Under the pieces are notes generated by a model that saw only the letters and a list, made by a program, of their open reading frames with translations, was not told the DNA's origin and made no database searches. Shown one piece after another: positions 30,682-40,965 of a DNA stretch of 64,000 bases. This stretch comes from an uncultured Rhodopirellula sp. (GTDB lineage: Bacteria; Planctomycetota; Planctomycetia; Pirellulales; Pirellulaceae): the NCBI GenBank assembly GCA_964007735.1, contig CAXGAI010000008.1, positions 62,001 to 126,000 on the forward strand, given 5' to 3'. Each line of letters opens with the position of its first letter. Within the stretch, counting starts at the first letter, position 1. A program made the position numbers and the translations under genes.

Positions 30682-31902
30682 TTATGAAATATGTTCTCTT
30701 GGGCTCGTCAGGGCATGTACCAATTTTTGTAACCAATGTGCCGCCGGAGCCCCATCCAGTACCTGATGATCAAACGTCAAACTCAGCGACATGGTCTGCC
30801 CGGCAATAACCTCACCCGCTTCGACCAGAGGCTCAGCAACAATACGTCCAATCCCGAGAATCCCCGACTGCGGTAGGTTGATAACCGGAGTAAAATGGTC
30901 GACCCCGAACGTACCCAAACTGGAAACTGTAAATGTCCCACCAGTCAGTTGGTCTTCTCCCAAGCGTCCGGCACGTGCATCTTCGATCAATTCTGTCGAA
31001 TATTCAGCAACATCATCTAACATCAGTTTATCAACCTGATTAATAACTGGCGCTAGGAGACCGTTATCAGTAGCAACGGCAAACGCAATATTTATCTGGT
31101 CATAAACATAAACACCCTCAGCTGTCCAACAAGCATTCAGCTCCGGGCATTCACGCAACAGATTGGCAGCAAGCTTGATGATGATATCGTTATAGGATGG
31201 CGTCATACCAGAGCTCTTGAGACTATCTCGATACGCGATTAACCCTTTCGCATTAAACTTCGTGTGCAGCGTAACGGGAACCGTCTGTTGAGCACTAGCC
31301 TGCATCCGTTGCGCCGTAATACGACGAACATTGGTCAGTGGCTTTAAAGTCCCGGACTGAGTGGGAGCGATAACCGCAGAAGAGGCCGTCCCCGCGGGTT
31401 TTACAACTCCGTTTTCCGCAGCGGCTACTATGTCTCGCTCCCGAATTCGACCGTTTCGACCTGTCCCGGAGACTCCGTCCAAGCGTATGCCGAGTTCCTT
31501 AGCTTTCCGCCTAGCACGTGGTGAAGCAATATTGCGTCGCCCGGCTCTATTTACTGAGGACTTTTCACTTTTCTCAAGCTGAGGGGGTGTCACGTTCGGC
31601 TCATCCAGAACAGATGATACCGGTGCGTCCGCTGGCTTGTACTCGGGAGGGGTCTCACCTTCTTCCAGCAAAAATCCCAGCACTTGGCTAACCAACACAG
31701 TATCACCAGCCCGAGGAGATTCCGCAGGAATATACAAGAGCCCGGCATCAAAGGACTCCACTTCCTGAGCCGCTTTTTCGCCTTCCAGAACGAACAGCAT
31801 GTCACCCGCATTGACTTGTTCACCATCAGCTTTAAGCCACTCAACGAAAGTTCCTTCGTCCATGGACCAGCCGAGCCGGGGTACTACGATTTCGGTTGCC
31901 AT
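30682..31902 (-). CDS. Dihydrolipoamide acyltransferase (E2)
   Basis: Lipoyl domain EGEKAAQEV; peripheral-subunit-binding ASPRARR...GTGRNGRI; catalytic FDHQVLDG. Confidence 0.93.
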   Translation of the reverse strand: MATEIVVPRLGWSMDEGTFVEWLKADGEQVNAGDMLFVLEGEKAAQEVESFDAGLLYIPAESPRAGDTVLVSQVLGFLLEEGETPPEYKPADAPVSSVLDEPNVTPPQLEKSEKSSVNRAGRRNIASPRARRKAKELGIRLDGVSGTGRNGRIRERDIVAAAENGVVKPAGTASSAVIAPTQSGTLKPLTNVRRITAQRMQASAQQTVPVTLHTKFNAKGLIAYRDSLKSSGMTPSYNDIIIKLAANLLRECPELNACWTAEGVYVYDQINIAFAVATDNGLLAPVINQVDKLMLDDVAEYSTELIEDARAGRLGEDQLTGGTFTVSSLGTFGVDHFTPVINLPQSGILGIGRIVAEPLVEAGEVIAGQTMSLSLTFDHQVLDGAPAAHWLQKLVHALTSPREHIS

Positions 31903-31916
31903 CTATCGATACCTCT

Positions 31917-33908
31917 CTACTCTGCCAACAATTCGCGAATCGCCGCGAGAACTGAATCAACATTAGGCACAACAGCTTCTTCAAGAGTTGGCGCATAAGG
32001 GGTGGGTGTAAATGCTCCACTTAATCGTTTGATGGGAGCATCCAGGTCATCGAAGCCATCATCCGCAATCGAGGCCGCAATTTCGGAAGCAATGCTGCAC
32101 GGCTGAAACGCTTCATCTACCACCAACAAACGGCCCGTCTTCGCCACCGATTCACAAATAGTTTCTGTATCCAACGGTGAGACAGTTCGCGGATCCACGA
32201 CCTCGACTGAAATCCCTTCACCCGCCAATTGCTCAGCCGCTGCCAAAGCATGGTGGACCATCAAGGCAACAGCCACTACCGTGACATCTGTGCCCTCGCG
32301 ATGGATTCTCGCCTTACCAAATGGAATTTCATATTGTCCTTCCGGAACAGGCCCTTTGATTGCCATCAATTCCCGATGTTCCAGAAAGAGAACCGGGTCC
32401 GTCGAGTGTAAAGCATGGTTGAACAATCCTTTGGCATCGTATGGTGTCGCAGGCGTCACAACTCGCAGACCGGGGATGTGAGTATAAATTGAATGATAAA
32501 TGCCTGAGTGATGCGTTGCCGCGGAGTGTCCAATGCCGCCACAGCCACGAAGCAACACGGGCATTTTGATTCGCCCACTGCTCATATATTGCATCTTGGC
32601 AATCTGGTTGATCATTTCTCCGAAGGCATCATTGATAAAGTCAATGAACATGAAATCGATAACCGGACGCGTACCGGTCATCGCGGCTCCACAACTGAGT
32701 CCTACAAATCCACGCTCGCAAATTGGTGTATCACAAAGCCGTTCCGGCCCATATTTCTCATAGAGTCCGATGGTCGTCATAAAGTTACCACCTCGTTCAC
32801 CGATACCTTCGCCCATCACCCAAATATCAGGGTTCTCAGCCATAGCCGCGTCTAAAGCTTCATGCGTCCCACCGACGAAAGTCTGAATTCGATCGCCTGG
32901 ATCGATATCAACAGCCTCTGTCTTTACTGATTCATCGTAAACATGATCCATCGCGGTATCACCTGATGGATAAGGACTGGCTTCGGCATTCTTATGCGAT
33001 TCTTCAATCAACGCCTCGACTTCGTTCGCAACGGCCCGCAATTCTTCTTCTGTAGCTAGGCCTTCTTCAACTAACCGTTCAGACAATCTCGCAACAGGAC
33101 AACGTTGCCTCCATTGGTCAACGTCTTCACGGGTGCGATATGTGAAGTCCCCCATACCTTCTGCATGCGCTCGTGTACGATAGGTTTTACATTCAATTAG
33201 AGTTGGGCCTTCACCATTTCGTGCTCGCTCAACTGCCTCGCCGGCGATGCGATAGATTTCCAAAACATCATTTCCATCGACCTCAAATCCGGGCATGCCG
33301 TAATTAGAAGCGCGACGCCCAACATCCGGAATTCCACTGGAATATTCAAATGCAACTTCTGTTGCAAACTGGTTGTTTTCACAAACGAAAATACATGGAA
33401 GATTCCAAATGCTAGCCATATTCAGACCTTCATGAAATGCTCCGTTATTGACGGCACCGTCACCAAAACAAGCGACCGAGACGTTGTCTTTTTCCTGAAT
33501 CTTAAATGTGTAACCACCGCCTGTCGCATGCAGGATACAGGGACCAACAATACCGCTAGTCCCCATCATCCCAATCTCTGGCTTAAACAAGTGCATGCTT
33601 CCGCCACGGCCACCACTACATCCGCCTTCACGTCCATAAAGTTCGGCAATCAATTCCTGAGGATGTAAACCTTTCGCCAGAGCATGCCCGTGACCACGGT
33701 GAGTGCTAAAAACAACATCTTCTAATCGCAGGTGAGCAAAAACACCCGTGGCAATAGCTTCTTCCCCCACATAAGTGTGGCATGCACCGTGGACCAGCCC
33801 CTGCTGGTGAGACTTTGCCAGTCGTTCCTCACACTGCCTAATTACCTGCATCATGCGATAGAGCGATAAGCCCGTTTCTTTATTGATTCCAATCGAAGTC
33901 GTCGTCAT
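31917..33908 (-). CDS. Fused E1 alpha/beta TPP-dependent dehydrogenase (acetoin/2-oxoacid dehydrogenase-like)
   Basis: STHRGHGH; TPP motif GDGA...ENN; beta-part DTPICE and PATPYDAKGL. Confidence 0.92.
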   Translation of the reverse strand: MTTTSIGINKETGLSLYRMMQVIRQCEERLAKSHQQGLVHGACHTYVGEEAIATGVFAHLRLEDVVFSTHRGHGHALAKGLHPQELIAELYGREGGCSGGRGGSMHLFKPEIGMMGTSGIVGPCILHATGGGYTFKIQEKDNVSVACFGDGAVNNGAFHEGLNMASIWNLPCIFVCENNQFATEVAFEYSSGIPDVGRRASNYGMPGFEVDGNDVLEIYRIAGEAVERARNGEGPTLIECKTYRTRAHAEGMGDFTYRTREDVDQWRQRCPVARLSERLVEEGLATEEELRAVANEVEALIEESHKNAEASPYPSGDTAMDHVYDESVKTEAVDIDPGDRIQTFVGGTHEALDAAMAENPDIWVMGEGIGERGGNFMTTIGLYEKYGPERLCDTPICERGFVGLSCGAAMTGTRPVIDFMFIDFINDAFGEMINQIAKMQYMSSGRIKMPVLLRGCGGIGHSAATHHSGIYHSIYTHIPGLRVVTPATPYDAKGLFNHALHSTDPVLFLEHRELMAIKGPVPEGQYEIPFGKARIHREGTDVTVVAVALMVHHALAAAEQLAGEGISVEVVDPRTVSPLDTETICESVAKTGRLLVVDEAFQPCSIASEIAASIADDGFDDLDAPIKRLSGAFTPTPYAPTLEEAVVPNVDSVLAAIRELLAE

Positions 33909-33925
33909 AGGATCTCTTCTACTTT

Positions 33926-34732
33926 CTATTCAGCAAATGTTTCAGTTCCAACAGAACCACCGGCGTTCATCGCCAGGTTTCCGCCATCCATTGGAATAAG
34001 TGTTCCGGTAATCCACGAAGATGCATCCGAAGCTAAAAATACTGCCAAACCTTTAATATCATCTGAGCTGCCAAAACGACCGGATGGAATGCCACTTAGA
34101 AATCGTTCTTTGATTCGCGGATCAGCATCTATTCGTTGTTGTAAACCTGGATTAAGAACCTGGGCTGGTAAGACTGAGTTCACCCGGACACCACGGCCAC
34201 TCCACTCTGTGCTAAGTTCACGAGTCATCTGAACTACAGCTCCCATGGCCATACTGTAGGCAATGTGTCCCCGCCCTAATGCCGTGATACTCGCCAAGGA
34301 ACCAAGATTAATAATACTGCCGCGACCCTGTTCCAACATGCGTTTACCAGCTTCCTGACAGATACAAAACCGTCCATAGACAATATTCCGCCAGGTCCAC
34401 TCCACTTCATCGAGCTCGATAACTTCCGGTTTTTTGCGAACCGCTTCCCCCGCAATATTAGCTACAAAATCAATACGACCAAAAGTCTCATCGATCTGAG
34501 TAAACATCGCTCGAATAGCTTCGGGCGAGGAAATATCACAAGCTACCGGCAACGCTTTTCGCCCCAGCGCTTCAATCTCCTGAGCCGTCGCTTGGGCCCC
34601 TGCTTCATTGATGTCAGCCAACACAATATCTGAGCCTGCCTCGGCTACCGCCAAAGCAACGGCTTTTCCCATTCCGCTGGCAGCACCTGAAACCAGTGAC
34701 ACGCGTCCAGTCAGATCAAACATTGAACTCAT
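33926..34732 (-). CDS. SDR-family oxidoreductase with atypical YxxxM active site
   Basis: SGAASGMG; NIAG; YSMAM; WITG..IPMDGG. Start reassigned to ATG 34732, next to the upstream stop and with an AAGGA RBS. Confidence 0.88.
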   Translation of the reverse strand: MSSMFDLTGRVSLVSGAASGMGKAVALAVAEAGSDIVLADINEAGAQATAQEIEALGRKALPVACDISSPEAIRAMFTQIDETFGRIDFVANIAGEAVRKKPEVIELDEVEWTWRNIVYGRFCICQEAGKRMLEQGRGSIINLGSLASITALGRGHIAYSMAMGAVVQMTRELSTEWSGRGVRVNSVLPAQVLNPGLQQRIDADPRIKERFLSGIPSGRFGSSDDIKGLAVFLASDASSWITGTLIPMDGGNLAMNAGGSVGTETFAE

Positions 34733-34733
34733 C

Positions 34734-36839
34734 TTATTCTGTTTCCTTAAATTCATTAGACATCCGGGACTTTTGCTTACGGATAAAGCAGAACCAAATC
34801 CCGCCCCAGACCGCAAATAATGCAAAGAACCAAAGCACTTCCGGCTTTTGGGCAAACACTAAAGCTGTCATCCCCAAATAGAAAACAGCACATCCAAGTA
34901 CGCCCAGTGAGTGAATCAGACCCGGACGCAATTCTTTGGGCAGAAAACGGTGGTTATTCAACAAAACCAGGACCGCCGTTAGTCCCAAGCCAAGATTGTT
35001 CGTGTTGGCCACGGTGAGCACCATTCCCTTGGCATCGGAGTAATACAAAAATACGGTCTGCATAATAAGTGACCAAACGATATAGGCAATCATAATCCGA
35101 TAATAGATTTTGCCGACTTGATCGGACTTCATCTTTTCACGGACACCAGATACACCAGACCATATGATATCGGTCCAGCGTCGGCAAACGTCGTCAATAA
35201 TCGACATTTGGCTGGGAAGTAAAACAAACAAACCGACCAAGACTGTCAATATCCAAAACAGCTGATTGAGTCCATGTAAATCCGGAGCATTTTTAAGGCC
35301 ATCGGCGGTAATCAGTGCCTGAGCCCAGGCAAGGCCCTCTGTGTCTGAGAAAAATTCCGAGTACTGTGAAAATTCGATGGAAATCAATCCGGGGAGTGCC
35401 ATCCCCATGAAACAGCCCGGTCCCCAAATCATTAACTGATCCGTGAGGATATACCGCCACCAGCCTTTCCAGCGGGATAGATTGGTTTCATTGATTTCAA
35501 ACACTTTTCCAATGTGACTCAGCGAAACCCCACGTCCACCGACGACACTTGGAATAGCTCCTACTTGAGAGCCCATCCCCCAACCTTTATCACGCACAAA
35601 GTTACTATAGGTGGAGTTACTCAAACCCCCTCCACCGGCGTAGCCGGCAAAGGCACCTAGTACGGCAATGTTGGCCAAAGTGATAAACGGAATTCCATTA
35701 CCGCTAAGAACTGAAGTAATGACATTATCTACATTGTCGCCGTCCCAGTGTCCATCATCATCGGCATCAATATAAGACAAATGCTTCGAGCTTTTCCCGG
35801 ATGTTAGGTGGATTGGTAACATTTCCCCGCCTTCCGGACTCCGCATGAACAACTTTCTGGCTCCCGACGCATCCTGCGCATGCGACAACGAATATGAAAT
35901 CTGGCTCGGCTTATCATTTCCTGAGGACAAGATCAGTTCCGTTAACATTTCATAGTTTTGACCTTCCTGATCGACAGTCACTGAAATTTCTCCATTTTCA
36001 GCGGGACGAATCAGCGCATCATATTTGCCATCACCATCACTATCGTAAGTCCGATAAGCCACGCCCTGAGGATGGATGTCACTCATGGCAAACCGGCGTT
36101 CTTTCATATCGAGGTGACCATCACCATCCCAGTCTTCCCCATCATCAAGCACACCATTTCCATTAACATCTTCTCCACGTTCAACGGGGACATTGCCAAA
36201 GGCAAAAAACCCGGAAAAGACCCGTCCCCAATTATTAGGAGAAACAAAGAAGACACCGACGATCAGGCAGAAGGTCAAAACAACGAATACCTTGAGTGTC
36301 ATGACCTTTTCGAGTGTGTTATAAATCTTTCCACCAACAAGCACCGGTATGGCAACTAACCCAAAGAGCGCGTAAGAAAGCAACAACAACGTCCCGTTAT
36401 ATTCTTCGCCCGGCACCTCACCTATAAACAATGCCACCACAACAGCTGCTGCGGTTGTGGATAAAGCTGGAATTAGAGCCCCGATATTAAAAAGAGCGAA
36501 CGTTCCGATCCAGAAACTCGGCCCCGGCTTGTTGCGCATGAACCCTGTAAAGACCGGCTCCCCTGTATACAGTGCATACCGTCCACACTCCATGTTGTAA
36601 AAAACTTGACAGATAATCGCAATCGTCGCGATCCACATCAAACTGCCGCCATACTTGGCTGTAATTTCAGGTCCTAACAGCCACTCGCCACCACCAATCT
36701 GAATACCACACATCACGATACCCGGACCAATGAAGCCCTTGATATTACTCCACCCAAGACGCTTGGGTGCAGTCAGTTCAGCAACTGACCAGGTTGGGAG
36801 AGCCGTTTTGGGCAAGTGAGAGGAATTGGAGTCAGGCAT
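34734..36839 (-). CDS. Nramp/YcsG-like (APC superfamily) transporter with a large DxDxDG-repeat loop insertion
   Basis: IGPGIV...IGGGEWLLGP; YNMECGRYALYTGE; about 11 TM segments; acidic insertion. Confidence 0.8.
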   Translation of the reverse strand: MPDSNSSHLPKTALPTWSVAELTAPKRLGWSNIKGFIGPGIVMCGIQIGGGEWLLGPEITAKYGGSLMWIATIAIICQVFYNMECGRYALYTGEPVFTGFMRNKPGPSFWIGTFALFNIGALIPALSTTAAAVVVALFIGEVPGEEYNGTLLLLSYALFGLVAIPVLVGGKIYNTLEKVMTLKVFVVLTFCLIVGVFFVSPNNWGRVFSGFFAFGNVPVERGEDVNGNGVLDDGEDWDGDGHLDMKERRFAMSDIHPQGVAYRTYDSDGDGKYDALIRPAENGEISVTVDQEGQNYEMLTELILSSGNDKPSQISYSLSHAQDASGARKLFMRSPEGGEMLPIHLTSGKSSKHLSYIDADDDGHWDGDNVDNVITSVLSGNGIPFITLANIAVLGAFAGYAGGGGLSNSTYSNFVRDKGWGMGSQVGAIPSVVGGRGVSLSHIGKVFEINETNLSRWKGWWRYILTDQLMIWGPGCFMGMALPGLISIEFSQYSEFFSDTEGLAWAQALITADGLKNAPDLHGLNQLFWILTVLVGLFVLLPSQMSIIDDVCRRWTDIIWSGVSGVREKMKSDQVGKIYYRIMIAYIVWSLIMQTVFLYYSDAKGMVLTVANTNNLGLGLTAVLVLLNNHRFLPKELRPGLIHSLGVLGCAVFYLGMTALVFAQKPEVLWFFALFAVWGGIWFCFIRKQKSRMSNEFKETE

Positions 36840-36889
36840 GAAGTTTTCGTTTTCGATGAAAAGGGTTGCGGGAAATTACTGGCGGGAAA

Positions 36890-38560
36890 TTAATGCAGAA
36901 CGATGGCTCGTCCCGGCCCTCCGTGGCAATCACGGATCTTAATCGCTGCGAAAAGAAAGTATCCTCCCTCAGGAACTTTCTTGACGTTGGAAAGAAACTC
37001 CACTCCAACCATTTCGTGACTGCCCAATGCCCAATACGTCATCAATGCACGTTTAGCGTCGACGCCACCAAGATTTGGAGCATCCGTAGCGACACAGCGA
37101 ATTCCACGACTTTTGAGATAAACGATCGTGTCCGGCCCGGGAGCAGGCCAACCTTCAGCATCGCCTTTGAGTGGGTCTGCCCACAATGCCGTATCTGCTG
37201 GCTCTGGCTTGAAATACTTATCGACATGCCCTGTTTCGAAAATCACCACGTCACCCTTTACTAATGCACCTTGCTTGGCTTCAAATTCTTTGATGTGCGC
37301 AACTGTGATCTCAGGAGACAAAGGCCAGCTTTTCTTTGTTGTCGACCCAACAAGTTTTCGCACGTTGATGACTCGAGCTTCACCACATGTCCAGTCCAGC
37401 GGCACTTTTTCAGTTGTCACGTCGCTGAAGCCGCGTTTCCCGTAGGTTTTTTCATACTCTTCCAACCAACCACGGATCTCAGGAGAATACTGTACTTTAG
37501 ATCCCGGTGTTGGTAATGCATAAGAAGGAGGTACGAGGTTGGTTCCTGCCATACTGTCCATCATGTGAGTATGGTGCCACATATCGAGATATTCAGAATA
37601 CAAAAAGTTAACGTCCAGATAAGGCTGACGATGCATCCCGGTTGAAAATCCGGGATCGGTGAGCGGGTAACCCTGAGCCAATGTGGGTGAAAGATCGATT
37701 GCGCGCTTGTTCTGAGCTGATTCAATCAAACGAACTGGCAAATCACCACCAACGATGGCAAAGGCCCGGCCTTCTGAATAAGCGCCATCTTTGTGACGTG
37801 GATGTAGCAATATGTAAAAAGCGCCTGTCGAAGGCAACGCCCCAAGATTAGTTGCACTTTCAGTCCAAATCATTCCATACTTCAATCCGGCATAGTGAGT
37901 CGGTTCAGCGAGCGTTGGGATAGGCCCCATACTGGCACTGTCTGTCCCCAGAGTCATAACCTTGCGGGTGGCCAAAAACTCCATACAATCCGGGTCAGGA
38001 TCTGGGTAACCCGGAGCCTTACCGTCTAAAGCATCGGAAATATAACGATGCCCATCTGGATATGGTCGATAGTAACGATCTGAATAATCACTACGAAACA
38101 ACGCGACATCGCCAAAACGCAACTGCCGATGCTGCTTCTCAAATCGTTGAACATGTTCGCGTTTGACCAAAGGACTTATGCCATTCGGTGCTTGATTCAA
38201 CAGATCTCGAACATCGATAACACAAGCTTCACCGCCAAACTGCCAGGGCTCAATTTTGTCGGTATATGCCAGACCTAATTTACCCGACTTTGGTCGTTTA
38301 AGCTCAGGCCTTGCCACCGAGTGCGGCGGTACATCCAACTGAGTACCTGTATTTCCATCGATCACTAGCGAATCGACATTGTAGGGACTAGCAGGACCAA
38401 TCGTACGTTGATGAATAATCTGAAAGCGGGGAAATGGAGCCGTTGGCCAAGTCGCCGGATAGTCCGGAGCAACCAGCAAAGAACAATCGACAAACTTCGA
38501 TTGCGCCGAAGCAGTAGAAACTCCGGCAAATAATAATAGTAACAGGATGAAATATTTCAT
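36890..38560 (-). CDS. Tandem two-domain cyclase-family (kynurenine formamidase-like) protein, secreted
   Basis: Two repeats ending EGRAFAIV and PGRAIVL; GTQLDVPPH; GEACVIDV and GEARVINV; PGYP and GWPAP; signal peptide. Confidence 0.8.
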   Translation of the reverse strand: MKYFILLLLLFAGVSTASAQSKFVDCSLLVAPDYPATWPTAPFPRFQIIHQRTIGPASPYNVDSLVIDGNTGTQLDVPPHSVARPELKRPKSGKLGLAYTDKIEPWQFGGEACVIDVRDLLNQAPNGISPLVKREHVQRFEKQHRQLRFGDVALFRSDYSDRYYRPYPDGHRYISDALDGKAPGYPDPDPDCMEFLATRKVMTLGTDSASMGPIPTLAEPTHYAGLKYGMIWTESATNLGALPSTGAFYILLHPRHKDGAYSEGRAFAIVGGDLPVRLIESAQNKRAIDLSPTLAQGYPLTDPGFSTGMHRQPYLDVNFLYSEYLDMWHHTHMMDSMAGTNLVPPSYALPTPGSKVQYSPEIRGWLEEYEKTYGKRGFSDVTTEKVPLDWTCGEARVINVRKLVGSTTKKSWPLSPEITVAHIKEFEAKQGALVKGDVVIFETGHVDKYFKPEPADTALWADPLKGDAEGWPAPGPDTIVYLKSRGIRCVATDAPNLGGVDAKRALMTYWALGSHEMVGVEFLSNVKKVPEGGYFLFAAIKIRDCHGGPGRAIVLH

Positions 38561-38661
38561 CGATACTCCTCAACCTTTAATCGTACTCTGCCAAATCAAA
38601 CTGACATACTCTTAGGATAACAATTTCAAATTGTGATTGTTTAAAAACCTAGCGACAGTTT

Positions 38662-39714
38662 TCAAGCAAGCCAAACAGGTTGATGTCCAGCGAGTTCCAT
38701 TGTTTCGCTTAGCTTGACTCGGACATCCGCAGGCAAATTGATGCCGGATTCGTGACTACGAGCCATGTGAGCCCATTCAAATTCACCCGGAAGAACGACT
38801 TGTTCGACACCTTCCGCCGTTTCCACAGCATGAATTTCATCGATCAACTTGTTCATTCGCTGTGCATAACCTTCGGCGTCAGCTATCACCTTGGTATCCA
38901 TCACGATGAAGCCAGCATTATGCCATGACGGCTGATCAGTCGGATCAAACATCCAACTCCCTACGTCCCACCGCATATGACCGCCCGGTAATGCACCGGA
39001 CAAAATTTCACACCACAAGCCAAAGCCATATCCCTTGTGACCAGCCATCGGAGCCAGTGACGCATCCGCTGGATAAAGACCACCATCGGTTGTCGGCTTA
39101 CCTTCTGAGTCGATCAACCAATTTTCAGGGATTGTTTCGCCTCTCTGATGAGCCGCATATACCTTACCGCCAGCCACAGCCGCAGTCGCAATATCAAGAT
39201 TGATCGGATCGCAACCAGGCACGGGCACCCCGTAAGCAATCGGATTACTACCAAGCACAGGACCTTTGGAACCGGGAGCGGCAACACTAGGAATATCATT
39301 GCCTGTCACCATGGCAATGAAACCCTGTCTAGCTGCTTTCTGAGTGTAGTAACCAGCAGCACCAATATGTCCGGTATTCCGCAAGCCAATGTAAGCCACA
39401 CCTACTTGGGCTGCCTTTTCCATTGCCAGATTGATACTAAACTGACTTCCTACCTGCCCTAATGCTGAGCGACCATCAACAATAGCCCAACCGGGACCCT
39501 CACGTTCAATAACTGGCGAAACATCATTGCGATAACCGCCACCCTGCAACTTACGGACGTAACCGCTAAGCAGTTTTGTACCATGAGTGAAGACCCCCAT
39601 AGCATCCGTGGTTGCCAATACTTCAGCGGTATTGGCAGCATCCACTTCCCCGACACCAACCGCCTGTAGGACACTCTGTGCATATAATTTCAATTCGTCA
39701 AACGATGGATTCAT
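38662..39714 (-). CDS. Ldh_2 family oxidoreductase (type-2 malate/L-lactate dehydrogenase; AllD/ComC/DpkA family)
   Basis: GVFTHG, HIGAAGYY, LGSNPIA, LDIAT, GHKGYG, LPGE. Confidence 0.92.
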   Translation of the reverse strand: MNPSFDELKLYAQSVLQAVGVGEVDAANTAEVLATTDAMGVFTHGTKLLSGYVRKLQGGGYRNDVSPVIEREGPGWAIVDGRSALGQVGSQFSINLAMEKAAQVGVAYIGLRNTGHIGAAGYYTQKAARQGFIAMVTGNDIPSVAAPGSKGPVLGSNPIAYGVPVPGCDPINLDIATAAVAGGKVYAAHQRGETIPENWLIDSEGKPTTDGGLYPADASLAPMAGHKGYGFGLWCEILSGALPGGHMRWDVGSWMFDPTDQPSWHNAGFIVMDTKVIADAEGYAQRMNKLIDEIHAVETAEGVEQVVLPGEFEWAHMARSHESGINLPADVRVKLSETMELAGHQPVWLA

Positions 39715-39754
39715 TTGTCATTCCTTTAGCAGCTATTAATCTAAGGACTCGCTC

Positions 39755-40963
39755 TTAACGCAACGGTCGGAAAAATTCTCGCAGGTCGTCCGCCATCTCT
39801 TCGGCTCGCTCATGAATAGCAAAATGACCTCCTGCTTCGTATTCGTTATAGTGCACCACGTTGTAATACATTTCTGCTCGCTTACGCACGATGGGAGCAA
39901 GCTCATGCGGATAAGCCGATACGGCTGTCGGCACTTCAATGCGTTTACCAGCCGGCAACTCCCAGCCATTGTAATACGATTCACTGTACAACCGGATTGC
40001 CGACCAAAACGAGTTGGTAACCCAATAGAGCATCACATTGGTGATCAGCATATCGCGGGGAAAGAGCGTTTCGAAATCATCATACCAACCTGACCAGTTT
40101 CGCCACTTTTCAATGATCCAGGCAGCCAGACCCACCGGAGAATCAGCCATTGCCATTGCCAGGGTCTGGGGACGAGTCATTTGTTGGTGACAGTAAGCAC
40201 CTTCGTCAATCCAGTACTGTTCTACATTTTTCCAGTACCGCAGCATGTCCGGATCTTTGGGTTTGACGGGTGCCCATTTCATTCCCAGGCCTCGAAGGAG
40301 ATCCGGATCTTTGTCTTCTTCCGGACGTTCGTCTCCCAATCGAGGGAACAAACAATTGAGATGTACACCAATCAGGTTCTCTGCATGATGAAAACCAAAT
40401 GGGGCCGTAATAAACCCACCCCAGTCACCTCCTTCAATTCCATATTTGGAATATCCCAGCCCTTCCGTCATCAACCGGTCATATTTTTCGGGATGATGTT
40501 GAAAACCAAATCCTTGCTGATCCGGATAGTCTGAAAATCCATAACCAATTATCGACGGAATGATCACCGTAAATGCATCTTTGGGATCCCCGCCAAAACT
40601 TGCCGGGTCAGTCAGCATTGGCAAAATCTTTAATAGCAGCAGAAAAGACCATGGGTATCCATGCATCATGAGCAAAGGCATCGGGTTGGGGCCCTTACCT
40701 TCCTGCTTGATAAAGTGAATACCTAGTCCATCCACATCTGCTTTGAAGTGTTGATATTCGTTAAGGAGAGTTTCCTGCCGGCGCCAGTCATAATCATGCA
40801 CCCAGTAGTCGACCAGTTCTTTCATATAATCAAGGTCCACCCCCCGATCCCAACCAGTACCGGTCACTTGTTTGGGAAACCGCGTCATTTCAAGACGACG
40901 GCTTAAATCATCTAAGACCTCGTCAGAGACCTTTATTTCATAAGGAGAAACAGAAACTGCCAC
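39755..40963 (-). CDS. Epoxide hydrolase (microsomal/EHN type, alpha/beta hydrolase)
   Basis: EHN N-terminus (YDWRRQE); HGYP; GGDWGG nucleophile; DSPVGLAAWIIEK; YPHE; GGHFA. Confidence 0.92.
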   Translation of the reverse strand: MAVSVSPYEIKVSDEVLDDLSRRLEMTRFPKQVTGTGWDRGVDLDYMKELVDYWVHDYDWRRQETLLNEYQHFKADVDGLGIHFIKQEGKGPNPMPLLMMHGYPWSFLLLLKILPMLTDPASFGGDPKDAFTVIIPSIIGYGFSDYPDQQGFGFQHHPEKYDRLMTEGLGYSKYGIEGGDWGGFITAPFGFHHAENLIGVHLNCLFPRLGDERPEEDKDPDLLRGLGMKWAPVKPKDPDMLRYWKNVEQYWIDEGAYCHQQMTRPQTLAMAMADSPVGLAAWIIEKWRNWSGWYDDFETLFPRDMLITNVMLYWVTNSFWSAIRLYSESYYNGWELPAGKRIEVPTAVSAYPHELAPIVRKRAEMYYNVVHYNEYEAGGHFAIHERAEEMADDLREFFRPLR

Positions 40964-40965
40964 GC

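Noticed and set aside
34733..34855. N-terminal extension of the SDR in the ORF track
   Set aside because: It overlaps the transporter 3' end; ATG 34732 has an RBS and gives a normal SDR N-terminus.
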